Shown here one piece after another: positions 55,118 to 64,000 of a stretch of DNA of 64,000 bases; position 1 is the stretch's first letter, and every line of letters starts with the position of its first letter. The stretch lies in sequence record NC_019517.1; one strand, given 5' to 3'. Both the position numbers and the translations under genes were made by a program. The stretch is from Escherichia phage FV3. The notes under the pieces are model-generated. The model had not been told where the DNA came from. It searched no databases and saw only the letters and a list, made by a program, of their open reading frames with translations.

Positions 55118-55532
55118 GGTATGCCAGCTCCTCTTCCGCAATTTCAAAAAACTCAGTCCAGCACTGTGGCATATTGGAGTTACCGAAGTGGCTTTCATAG
55201 TAAAGGTTCTCACCACTCGGAAGATAGAAATCTGTTACCTCGTAGAATCCACAATCGTCGCACTCACCTTCTTCAAACTTGGCCTCAACCTTGATACCGA
55301 GGAAGGTGAAAAGTTTATGGATATCTTCAGTTTCGAACTCCCAGTGAATGTTGTTTTCCGCATCGGTGTAGAACTGGATCAGCAGACCATTGTCCAGTTT
55401 ACCAAAATACTCTGTGAAGTAACTTCCTTCCCAGAAATCTTTATGACAAATAATATCCATGCGTTTGCCCATAATAATGGTGTGAGCGTTTTGGGCATCG
55501 TCACGAATCAGTTTTGGCATTTCATAGGTCAT
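55107..55532 (-). CDS. hypothetical acidic protein (141 aa)
   Basis: track ORF. Confidence 0.45.
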   Translation of the reverse strand: MTYEMPKLIRDDAQNAHTIIMGKRMDIICHKDFWEGSYFTEYFGKLDNGLLIQFYTDAENNIHWEFETEDIHKLFTFLGIKVEAKFEEGECDDCGFYEVTDFYLPSGENLYYESHFGNSNMPQCWTEFFEIAEEELAYRDY

Positions 55533-55600
55533 CTTAGTTCTCCGGGTTCAACAGGTGGTGGCGCTATAGGAAGATCATAAAACATGGCTATCACATCCTC

Positions 55601-55798
55601 TTACACAGGAATTGCTTCAAATAGACCGTTATCTATACCGTCCTTCAGATAGAGATTATATTCTATGTCGGTATCTGTATAAAGGGCAGCATCCAGCATT
55701 CTATCTGTGAGTCCATCCATCGGGTGGAGAAACCACCACCCACGCCAGTCAAAGTAACAGCCTGGTGCATCTTCTCTTACACGTATTCGATAAATCAT
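55601..55798 (-). CDS. hypothetical protein (65 aa)
   Basis: track ORF. Confidence 0.4.
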   Translation of the reverse strand: MIYRIRVREDAPGCYFDWRGWWFLHPMDGLTDRMLDAALYTDTDIEYNLYLKDGIDNGLFEAIPV

Positions 55799-55894
55799 GG
55801 GCAGTGGCCTCCTGTTAGTTATACATCCCAGTTTTCTTCGTTCATCACGTCCTCCCGTTCTATGAAGTTATAATTGCACACCTTTCAATCTGTG

Positions 55895-56311
55895 TCAACA
55901 GAAAACTTCAACAAATTCTTCCACAGTTTTAATGTCGTGGGAAAAAGGTTTACGGCTATAACGGGCAATAGCACTATCAACCATCGCCCGGTACTCCAAA
56001 TCTTCAGAATATTTCATGAAGCATTGTAGCGTCTCTGGACAGATAGCTAAATAGCTCCACCACCCCTCTTCAGATTGGTAGTCGAATCCCATACTCTCCA
56101 ACCATGAAGCATATACGCCTGCACCCTCAAGCCAGTGAGTATTTTCATCCAGAAACTTGTTAATAGACATGTGAGCTTCTAAGCATTTATCCAGCTCTTT
56201 CCCGTTAACCAGCCACGCACTGACAGTGGCGCATCCAAGGTCCACAGATTGAGTTGATAGATTGTATTGGTCATAGTTCTCAGGTTTAACAATGATATCT
56301 TCTAATGTCAT
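55895..56311 (-). CDS. hypothetical protein (138 aa)
   Basis: track ORF. Confidence 0.45.
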   Translation of the reverse strand: MTLEDIIVKPENYDQYNLSTQSVDLGCATVSAWLVNGKELDKCLEAHMSINKFLDENTHWLEGAGVYASWLESMGFDYQSEEGWWSYLAICPETLQCFMKYSEDLEYRAMVDSAIARYSRKPFSHDIKTVEEFVEVFC

Positions 56312-56373
56312 TTTTCAGATCTCCTTATACAAAAATGCCCCACCCTTTCGGGCAGGGCTATGTTAACTAGATG

Positions 56374-57600
56374 TTAAAAAGGAATGTCATCATCAAAGGC
56401 GTATTGTGCCGGATTCTGATCCATCGGGTCATCTCCGTCATCATCTACAGGAGGGGCGTCTACAGTGTTTTGCTGTGGAGTGGCTTCCTGTTTGGCAGCT
56501 TGAGGTTCTTGATGCTCAGTAGTCCCCGCACCATTCTTGATCCAATCGTACAACGGTTCAGCAAGATTAGTCAAGACATCTTTTGCCTCTGCAGTAATTG
56601 CTGCTGCAAAATCATCAACTTTCGTTTTCTTGTCAATACGGCGACAAGCGTTCAATACCGCGTTACCAACACTGGCACCTACTTCATCTTCAGTCCGGTT
56701 GGTGGCTTGAGCGTACTCTTTCTTAAGCTCGATGGTGACCACGTGCAATGTTTTAGCCACATCTAAAGGGCTGTCAATCTTAAACCCGCGATCCAGAATG
56801 ATCTGCAACGCATTGATACTGTGCCCTGTCTCTACACCAATGGGGTCGTAAGAGGATTTACGCTTACCACCAGAACCTTGTGTACCGTTCTCTGCTTTAG
56901 GCGGGTAGGCCTTGAAGCCGCTGATAATATTCCCGGTGTCTTTGTCAACAATAGCTGCAACACGACCGCCAACCACCAGGTCTTTAAGCTGCTCATCGGA
57001 GACAACCATAGCACCTTCGCCAATCTTGTGGTCATTGACAGTAACCACGTTACCAACAATCTGAGTCACATCACCATAGATGCGTAAAACGTCCTGATTG
57101 GCATTCTGCTGAGGTTTCTGCTTTTGGCCTTGTGATTGTGTGCCTTGTTGCTGTTTTTGTTGCTGTGGAGCTGCTGGAGCCTCTCCTGCCCCCAGCTTAA
57201 CCATTTTAGCCAATGAGCCTTTGTAGTAGGTCTTACCGTTATGCTCATTTGCCTTTAAAGGGATATTTACGATCCATCCTGGCGTTACTGTTTCCCACTT
57301 GTCATCAATTTTAACAGAGACGGAATCTTGATGACCAGGTTTGAGCAATTTATCACCCATGCTGATCCAAACTTCTTCACCACCTTGAAGTAGGTTATCA
57401 GAAGAATCCAGTTCAGAAATCAGTAAAGAGATGGTGTGACTGGACTCGATTTTCTTACCTTGCCACACAGTGGTTTTAATACCTGTTGTAGGATCAGCAC
57501 CTTTGATAGGTTTGATGCTGACACGTTTAATCATGCCGTGAGCCAGTAAAACAGTTTCACGCGGATTCATCGGGTTGGCAAATTGTTGAATAACGCTCAT
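56374..57600 (-). CDS. putative ssDNA-binding protein with host-SSB-like C-terminal tail
   Basis: ends ...DDDGDDPMDQNPAQYAFDDDIPF (E. coli SSB tip is DDDIPF); Gln-rich linker; start chosen at ATG overlapping upstream stop (TAATG). Confidence 0.45.
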   Translation of the reverse strand: MSVIQQFANPMNPRETVLLAHGMIKRVSIKPIKGADPTTGIKTTVWQGKKIESSHTISLLISELDSSDNLLQGGEEVWISMGDKLLKPGHQDSVSVKIDDKWETVTPGWIVNIPLKANEHNGKTYYKGSLAKMVKLGAGEAPAAPQQQKQQQGTQSQGQKQKPQQNANQDVLRIYGDVTQIVGNVVTVNDHKIGEGAMVVSDEQLKDLVVGGRVAAIVDKDTGNIISGFKAYPPKAENGTQGSGGKRKSSYDPIGVETGHSINALQIILDRGFKIDSPLDVAKTLHVVTIELKKEYAQATNRTEDEVGASVGNAVLNACRRIDKKTKVDDFAAAITAEAKDVLTNLAEPLYDWIKNGAGTTEHQEPQAAKQEATPQQNTVDAPPVDDDGDDPMDQNPAQYAFDDDIPF

Positions 57601-57965
57601 TATTTGTCTCCTTGTTCTTCGTTGGTGTTTGCTGTGTGTGCAAACCCTGCTTGAATTAATTTGTCCTGCACTTGAGCCAACAGGCCCATTGCAAAACTTG
57701 TCGTCCCAGAAAGGGCCATTAGCATATCTCGTTGCTGAGCTACCCAACCTAAGGCATAATCCAAACGACGATATTTTTCTTCTTCGCGCAGAGCCTGAAA
57801 TAATTGTTCAGCCTCTGGTTGTTGTGTGAGCTCCTGAAGTCTCCCCATGAAAGAAGAGAGCACTAGCAGGAGAGACACCTGATCTTTGCTTAACCCTAAG
57901 AAAAATTCTTGAGGTTGTTCTTGCTCGTTCATCGCAACCGACGCTTGATCGTTCATTTGTTCCAT
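57600..57965 (-). CDS. hypothetical protein (121 aa)
   Basis: internal ATG with SD GGAGA; track ORF to 58010. Confidence 0.4.
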   Translation of the reverse strand: MEQMNDQASVAMNEQEQPQEFFLGLSKDQVSLLLVLSSFMGRLQELTQQPEAEQLFQALREEEKYRRLDYALGWVAQQRDMLMALSGTTSFAMGLLAQVQDKLIQAGFAHTANTNEEQGDK

Positions 57966-58047
57966 TATGGAATCTCCGATTTTATTTGAACAACATAAAG
58001 GAGACACCATTTTAGCATCTCCTTCTGTAAATTACAACAGATATTTG

Positions 58048-58293
58048 TTAGCCAATTACTTCGAAAGTACCCCAACTCCCGTTCAGCAGGCAGGTGATCG
58101 GATCACCATCATCATCAATTATTTCAAAGTTTTCAACATCCAGAATATGGTCATCGAACACAATACTTTCGTCACCACCGCCAGAAACAACAGTGTATTC
58201 CTTACCTTGAGTCAAGTTTTGACACCCTTTGCCACCAAAACCCACTTCAACACAACGCACTTTCTGTCCTGCACGAGCAACTACTTCAGCCAT
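58048..58293 (-). CDS. hypothetical protein (81 aa)
   Basis: track ORF. Confidence 0.4.
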   Translation of the reverse strand: MAEVVARAGQKVRCVEVGFGGKGCQNLTQGKEYTVVSGGGDESIVFDDHILDVENFEIIDDDGDPITCLLNGSWGTFEVIG

Positions 58294-58310
58294 CTTAAGG
58301 TCTCCTGATA

Positions 58311-58631
58311 TTAATCGTCAAGTTCAAAATAGATTTTAACAGCTTCATCAAAGATTGGAATCCCGATGTTGTTGATAAGCTGCCAAACTACCATATCTTT
58401 ACCGGGATCTGGGAGAATGTCAACCTTTCTCCATGCACTGTAGACCCAGTTTGGACCACCTTCTGCGCTAATTGGAAGATTTTCACCAGCTTCCTGCAGA
58501 TACTTATACAGCAAAAGATATTCTGGGTACTCTAGAACACTATCCTCTGTGGTATACAATAGTTCACGGTATACTTTCAGGAATCCTTCTGGTGTAATGT
58601 TTTCAGTCTTCATTTGCTGCTTCTCCTGCAT
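58311..58631 (-). CDS. hypothetical protein (106 aa)
   Basis: track ORF. Confidence 0.4.
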   Translation of the reverse strand: MQEKQQMKTENITPEGFLKVYRELLYTTEDSVLEYPEYLLLYKYLQEAGENLPISAEGGPNWVYSAWRKVDILPDPGKDMVVWQLINNIGIPIFDEAVKIYFELDD

Positions 58632-59007
58632 TCATCAGATCTGCCATAGCGTCACCCACGAATAGGACAACCACGTCGTTGACAGCGTCAGCATCATCTT
58701 TATTAATGTTGCTGAATTTGGGGCACACTGCAATGACCATATATACCCCGTTGCCCAACTGAACAGTGCGTGTAGTGCACATCAGTGTGGTGTTTGTGCC
58801 TTCTTTAAAGGCAAATCCTTGCAGACGTTCTTCCAGAGAGTCGCCTGTTGATTTCAACAAGGCAAGATCGCCCAATGCGTAGGTAGTGTCCTCATAGGTC
58901 AGTCCAGAGGTCAGTGTTGCCTTTCCATCAGAAACTATAATAACCCCATCGGCACCGTCAAGCTCAGAGGCTTCAAAGATATTGATATCCCAAATGTTTT
59001 TCATCAC
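58603..59007 (-). CDS. hypothetical protein (134 aa)
   Basis: track ORF. Confidence 0.4.
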   Translation of the reverse strand: MMKNIWDINIFEASELDGADGVIIVSDGKATLTSGLTYEDTTYALGDLALLKSTGDSLEERLQGFAFKEGTNTTLMCTTRTVQLGNGVYMVIAVCPKFSNINKDDADAVNDVVVLFVGDAMADLMNAGEAANED

Positions 59008-59336
59008 TCTGCCTCATCATCTAAGTAATCATCAAGAGAGGTGAAGATTTCACCGAAGTATTCTAAGATTTCTAGCTCGCGTGTGGTGCAGCAAACATAA
59101 TCTCCCTGGTCGTCCTTGATAGTAGCCTCTTTACCCAGCACATCCACTTCAAATTCGTCGTTCAACAGGACGGCCCCTGTGTAAACTTTGTCAGCTGTGC
59201 AGTCCCGAAAAGCAGAGTCCTTTTCCAGATAGTCTGGCTTAACCTTGGCTTTAATTCGTTGATATTGTTTGGTCATTGCTGTGGTCCCCTTTCGTTTTGA
59301 TAGGGCCATTATATTAGGCCCCATCACTGTTGTCAA
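59004..59336 (-). CDS. hypothetical protein, KDDxG paralog group
   Basis: AFRDCT...KDDQGDYVCCT shared with ORF 59340. Confidence 0.45.
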   Translation of the reverse strand: MTTVMGPNIMALSKRKGTTAMTKQYQRIKAKVKPDYLEKDSAFRDCTADKVYTGAVLLNDEFEVDVLGKEATIKDDQGDYVCCTTRELEILEYFGEIFTSLDDYLDDEAE

Positions 59337-59339
59337 GTA

Positions 59340-59594
59340 TTAATGTTCAGGTTTTACAAAAACTACTTCATTAACAGTGCACCAGACAGAGTCTCCTTCA
59401 TCATCTTTAAAGGTAAGGCACTGGGCTGAGTTTTCCAGCTCATCAATCTCTTCTTGTGATAAAGGGGCCCCTTCTTCCAGAAGGGCTTTTACCAGAGGGT
59501 TCTCACAAAACTCTGCTTCATAAATTGCACCGACTGTGCAATCCTTAAAAGCTCGGTCATTTGCAACGCATTCTGGCTTCAAAGTAATTTTCAT
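59340..59594 (-). CDS. hypothetical protein, KDDxG paralog group
   Basis: AFKDCT...KDDEGDSVWCT. Confidence 0.45.
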   Translation of the reverse strand: MKITLKPECVANDRAFKDCTVGAIYEAEFCENPLVKALLEEGAPLSQEEIDELENSAQCLTFKDDEGDSVWCTVNEVVFVKPEH

Positions 59595-59670
59595 CTTGGC
59601 AGTCTCCTTAGTTATTTAAAAATCAACGCTCTGTTTGTGTGAAGCATCTTATATCCAATCTTACTTCTTG

Positions 59671-60042
59671 TCAATGGCTATTTTCAATCATCCACACAGG
59701 GTCGAGGTAAATTTGTTGGCGTTTTGCCCAATGACAAACTTCATTGTACATCTGAATCTCTTTATCTGTCAATTCACGAATAGGCTCATCTATGCCCTCA
59801 TTTTTGTGGTAATCCCAGTCGGCATCGATTTCCCACAACCATGACTTATGATCTTCACGCTTACGCACACAGAAGTCCCCAGGACGGCCTGCCAGTGCAT
59901 TTAAGAACTCGTTCTCCGCTCGCTCCTGGAGAATACTGAGGAGCAAAACGTTGGAGCACGACCGTAAGATATGCTTCAGCTCACAATCATCAATCTCAAC
60001 TTCAATACGTTGCTTGACTGTGTGGGTACCTTTTACTAACAT
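59671..60042 (-). CDS. hypothetical protein (about 123 aa)
   Basis: internal ATG of track ORF 59671..60069 avoids overlap. Confidence 0.4.
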   Translation of the reverse strand: MLVKGTHTVKQRIEVEIDDCELKHILRSCSNVLLLSILQERAENEFLNALAGRPGDFCVRKREDHKSWLWEIDADWDYHKNEGIDEPIRELTDKEIQMYNEVCHWAKRQQIYLDPVWMIENSH

Positions 60043-60052
60043 TCTGCCTCCT

Positions 60053-60247
60053 CTAGACAAACTCTGCAAGGGTTGTGTTGTTCACTGCACCGCAGTAGAT
60101 GGAATACCCCAACCCATTATGGTGCAGAAACCACGGCACACCTTGGTCATCCTTCACGTATACATCTCCATTTTCCGTAAAGGGCCAATACTCCTCTCCG
60201 ATGGTAAAATACCTACTCATACCTTCAGCCAGATACTTTACTTTCAT
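60053..60247 (-). CDS. hypothetical protein, KDDxG paralog group
   Basis: VKDDQGVPWFLHH. Confidence 0.4.
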   Translation of the reverse strand: MKVKYLAEGMSRYFTIGEEYWPFTENGDVYVKDDQGVPWFLHHNGLGYSIYCGAVNNTTLAEFV

Positions 60248-60471
60248 AGATCCTCTTCAACAGCTACAAACTTGGCAAGTAGGGTGGTTCCATAGATATG
60301 ATACTCACCATTTGCCAGATGGGAGATAAACCAGGCAACACCTTCCTCGTCTTCGATCATATTGTTCCTGCGATCCTTATCGTAGTAAACCTTGTAGACC
60401 TTACCTTCTTCAAAGAATGACAGGTCTGTCATCTTTTCTTCTACAAACGTCGCTTTAACCAAAGTTGTCAT
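60244..60471 (-). CDS. hypothetical protein, KDDxG paralog group
   Basis: EDEEGVAWFISHL. Confidence 0.4.
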   Translation of the reverse strand: MTTLVKATFVEEKMTDLSFFEEGKVYKVYYDKDRRNNMIEDEEGVAWFISHLANGEYHIYGTTLLAKFVAVEEDL

Positions 60472-60752
60472 TGATCTGCCTCCTTCTTGTTGAGCCGGAA
60501 CACTGCAATAATAGCATTTCCAAGATGCAGTGTCAAATCATTTCCCAGATACCATAACATTCCACGGTCATCTTTAATGAAAGGGTAACAATCCGGTGCC
60601 TTCCAGACATTATACACTTTGCCGACCTGAAAGAAATCAGGCCCTGTTGGAATTTTAGTACCTGGCCACACTTGAGACACCTGAACGCACTCTACCTGCA
60701 TAATAACAGGAATAGTCATGGAGGTAAATGTTTTTGTCGGTTCTACTACCAT
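60468..60752 (-). CDS. hypothetical protein, KDDxG paralog group
   Basis: IKDDRGMLWYLGN; start uncertain (track ORF to 60842 would overlap the polymerase exon). Confidence 0.35.
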   Translation of the reverse strand: MVVEPTKTFTSMTIPVIMQVECVQVSQVWPGTKIPTGPDFFQVGKVYNVWKAPDCYPFIKDDRGMLWYLGNDLTLHLGNAIIAVFRLNKKEADQ

Positions 60753-60801
60753 AAAAGTCTCCTCTCTATCTAACAACACTTCCGTGTGTTGATAGTTTAC
60801 A

Positions 60802-61155
60802 TTAGTGACAATCGCCCCAGTTACGACCACACAAGTATTCACCTGTGATCTGGAACGGAACGCCCATCATTTTAGAAGCTTGCCAGAAGCAATGCACCAC
60901 CATTTCGCCCACAGGGCTCCAGATAAGTTCAAGCTTTCCGTCCTCGTTCAAGATAGGATCGTATACCGTATTTCCATCCTTGTCAACCACTTCGTTTCCG
61001 TCCTCATCCTTGCGTGCCTTTTTGTACTTATGACCGTCGAACACATGAAGTTTGGCCTCCTGCTCTGCCTTAAATGCTTCCAGTTCTTCGATTGTGTCGA
61101 AGGTGTACACAGTCTTATACTTCGGTGTGTCAGGTACTTGAAGTTGGTACTCATC
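60802..61155 (-). CDS. DNA polymerase family A, exon 2 (C-terminal)
   Basis: begins DEYQLQ, completing motif C HDE; ends ...QITGEYLCGRNWGDCH like T7 gene 5 ...LDTEGKMGPNWAICH. Confidence 0.7.
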   Translation of the reverse strand, partial: DEYQLQVPDTPKYKTVYTFDTIEELEAFKAEQEAKLHVFDGHKYKKARKDEDGNEVVDKDGNTVYDPILNEDGKLELIWSPVGEMVVHCFWQASKMMGVPFQITGEYLCGRNWGDCH

Positions 61156-61997
61156 CAACAGTTCAGGTAGGTCGTTAAGCTACCCCGCACCATTACGTGC
61201 ATAGCCATACAGTTTCCCGTATGGATCGGACTATCTCACTGCCTTGTTACCAAGGCACCTCTCATTTCGACCGCACTTGCTGGCCTACTCTACTCGCTTC
61301 TTCACACCAAACTATGTTGGAGCTATGCTTTCGATAGTCTCTGAACGTTACTACCAGGTGTAGTTTTTAGAGATATGTTTCCACTGTCTTCTTTGCTTTA
61401 TGGCCCTGACCGTTTCATAAGGATACCCAAGATCCCTAATCTCACATTGTCGTAGACCGCTCTGTAACAGTTCGCAAATCTCAATTACCTCATCCTCGGT
61501 CAGCACAGCATTGGCATTATACTCGCCGACTGGCCTTACTCTGAGGTCATTATCGTAGGCGTGTTTGATATTTCCACCAGGGGTGGTCCACTCCAGGTTC
61601 CAGTATGCATTGTTGTACTTATTTCCATCCTTATGGTTCACCCATGTGAGCCTTTCAGGATCAGGGTTTGATACAAAGCATTCGGCAACTAAGTGGTGGA
61701 CACCTTTTGTGTACTGCTTCCCCTCTATGAACATGGTCACGCAAAGGTAACCTCGACCATTATCAAAACAAAACATTGTTGTATGATCACGTTTCGATAA
61801 AGGTATTGTTCCATCATCAAACACGGTATACCCGTGATAATCAGCTGATCTAGCCATTTTAACTACACCCCTTTAGTCTTCGCTGCGGATTAGCATATTG
61901 AGCTTTTACCATGTTTAGGTGTAAAAGTCAACTTAGCCTTCCCGTCAATTAAAGAGGTTTTCGACGTGCATCACTGCACGAAGCCACAATGTTATTT
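61156..61997 (-). mobile_element. group I intron in DNA polymerase gene carrying an HNH homing endonuclease
   Basis: on minus strand: P-like AATTGACGGGAAGG, Q AATCCGCAGC, R GTTCAGAGACTA, S GAGATAGTCC; P1 exon CCAT with GTGG; terminal G before exon 2. Confidence 0.7.
61351..61857 (-). CDS. intron-encoded HNH homing endonuclease
   Basis: HNH block WVNHKDGNKYNNAYWNLEW; paralogous to the nrdD intron endonuclease. Confidence 0.85.
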   Translation of the reverse strand: MARSADYHGYTVFDDGTIPLSKRDHTTMFCFDNGRGYLCVTMFIEGKQYTKGVHHLVAECFVSNPDPERLTWVNHKDGNKYNNAYWNLEWTTPGGNIKHAYDNDLRVRPVGEYNANAVLTEDEVIEICELLQSGLRQCEIRDLGYPYETVRAIKQRRQWKHISKNYTW

Positions 61998-64000
61998 ATG
62001 GTAATAAATAATACGACGAACACCTTCATCGTACCACCCACGCTTCACCATTTGGTGGTGCATGAGTATCCCAACTAAATCACACAACGATGCACCGCCA
62101 TTTTGTTGGTATGCATTAAGTAAAGAGTGTTTAGATCGGGTCCAGATGGCATGACCATCAAAAGAGTAGATAAACTTCTTACCAGTTGCTTCCCAGAATT
62201 TCTCCAGATCCTCTTTACGCCCCTTAAGACCGGGGTTGGCATCCCAAAGCGCATCGATTACCCTTTGCCCCAACTCTGGAGAGATATCCAGCATGTCTGC
62301 AACTTTATCTTTTTGTGCCCCGTACATAACCCCATACGTGATAGGTTTACCGTCGTTACGAGACACCTCTCTGCCTGCTACTTTTGTATATGCCTCAGCA
62401 TTGTTTTGGTGTGCGTCCCCGTTACTTACAACATCATAATACAGGCCGTTGTCAAACTCAAAGGCACCCCAAGCCCCGATAAGCTGCTCTAAGTTAGACC
62501 CGTCAATACCGATCTCAAAGTATCCTGGAGGAACACCCCACAGACTACGCATCTCTTTACCCATAACCACTTTAGGAGATGGTTTAGGCATGTTTGCACA
62601 AATACTGTGTTTCTGTCTGGAAGTGTTTGTTAATCCAGAACTTTTAGCAGGAAGCTTATGGTCAATCTTCAAACGTGGGTGATTAAGAAGACCAGTATCA
62701 ACCTTATCCTCCTTGATTGGATCAAGTACCGATCTACGGTTTCGCAATGATAACCACAAAACGATATCTTTAGCCATCTCTCCGTTCAATTTTTCAAGAT
62801 TAGGGCATAGGTGCCCAAACGTGTCTTTCAGTTGTGGAGAGGTAATAAGTGCTCTGGCCTTTCTACGTATCTTCCCAAACACTTCCTTTTTAACCCTTTC
62901 TGAGTTAGGGAAGCTTCGGAACTTATGCACAGTTGTCTGAAACTTGGCATCAGTTTTGTTCCAGAAGTTGATAATTAGGTCACAATACTCTGACTCCAAA
63001 AGCTCGTCCATATATGCATATACTCGTGCATCAACATCTGCATCAGGTAAAGCTTTCTTCTTGCTGTCTTTAGTTACATCCTTAGTTCTCCACATTGTTG
63101 GGAGCCAACCAGCACTGATCAGGTATCTCTTAATATCGTCCTGGTTGCTGATCTTCATAGGTATCTTGCAGTCAGGCATCCGCTTCTGCTGTAGATCACT
63201 TATTGCCTGGTCCATTAGCTCTTTAGGTAAAGGATGTGGTGTAGAGGTCCCTTTAATATACCCCCTTAAGAAATCAGCCATCTTATCGGGATCTTTGCAG
63301 CCCATCTCTTCACACCATTTTATCCCCATTTTGCTGACATCCCCTGTGGAGGTAAATGCTCGCTTAGGAGGAGCTTTGAACTCTAAAGCGCTCATGTCCA
63401 CAGGATAGCCAAGCTTGTCTTTTAACCATTTCCAACCATTATTGGAGATTGTCCCATCCTGGTTAAACGGCTTTTCAGGGAACTTAGGCCGCTGAGACAT
63501 TGATAACTCTTTTAAAGGAAGTTGTGGTTCAACACGATCAGCGATCTCTTTCATCCACGCATCGCAGCGGTCACGTAAAGCAATAGCCCCATCTATGTCG
63601 AAATACACACCCTGTCGAGCCTGCAGCTCCATCAGGAAATGCTGCAGCATGCCTCGGCGTAATGCATTCTTCCAGGTAATCTTCTTGAATCCTTTAGGCT
63701 TCTCTTTGGCAGGGTCATACATAAAGTTCTGCATGTCAGATTTGCCGTAGAATACACCTTTTGATTCCGCTACCAACTCTTTCCAGAGCAACTCCTGGAT
63801 GATAACGTCCTCGAACACACGATCCACATATTTCCACAGCGGAAGCTCACGCCAGTCATCGATTTGAACTTTCTGGTTACCAAGGGCGTAGCCCCATGCC
63901 ATAAGGCCATGAGGCCCAACAGGCTGCATTTTCTTGGTAACTGGATTAAATACTGCGTCCGGACAACCTTTTGGCAAAGGTCGGTCAGGCCACAAGATTC
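61998..64000 (-). CDS. DNA polymerase family A, exon 1 (partial; continues beyond window)
   Basis: motif B GKPITYGVMYGAQKDKVADML; FDGHAIWTRSKHSLLNAYQQNGGASLCD aligns with T7 DNAP LDGRKVHVRSPHAALNTLLQSAGALICK; ends ...RRIIYYH at motif C. Confidence 0.7.

Noticed and set aside
61992-63995. Track ORF stop at 61992 as the true polymerase C-terminus
   Set aside because: Protein would lack motif C Asp-Glu and the conserved C-terminal tail; these are supplied in frame by the downstream exon after the intron

Overview
This 64-kb window reads as a segment of a large virulent dsDNA phage genome, probably of a Gram-negative host (lambda R-type endolysin, E. coli-type SSB tail DDDIPF, many near-consensus sigma70 promoters). 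No tools were run; all calls rest on the ORF track plus motifs read by eye, and coordinates not taken from the track are approximate (about +/-2 nt). Layout: (i) 0.5-2.0 kb, a short minus-strand operon (wHTH-like protein, metallophosphatase, P-loop kinase) divergent from an Rnl1-like RNA ligase; (ii) 2-28 kb, a plus-strand block of nucleotide metabolism, replication and recombination genes (Sir2, ligase, endolysin, FEN-type exonuclease, endonuclease VII, DnaQ-like exonuclease, two N6A methyltransferases, dNMP kinase, ThyX, NrdAB, glutaredoxin, intron-split NrdD, NrdG, PhoH, ClpP-like protease); (iii) 29-40.3 kb, a dense plus-strand array of about 30 small genes including a tandem family of very acidic small proteins and an HPF/RaiA ribosome hibernation factor homolog; (iv) 40.3-42.6 kb, a gene-free repeat-rich region where the two blocks converge; (v) 42.6-64 kb, a minus-strand block of small early-type genes, a second gene-free repeat region (51.9-52.85 kb), a TARG1-like macro domain, an SSB-like protein, and a family A DNA polymerase gene split inside catalytic motif C by a group I intron carrying an HNH homing endonuclease. 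The strongest candidates for something new are the acidic paralog array with the embedded HPF homolog, the Sir2 and macro-domain genes, and the two repeat-rich gene-free regions.
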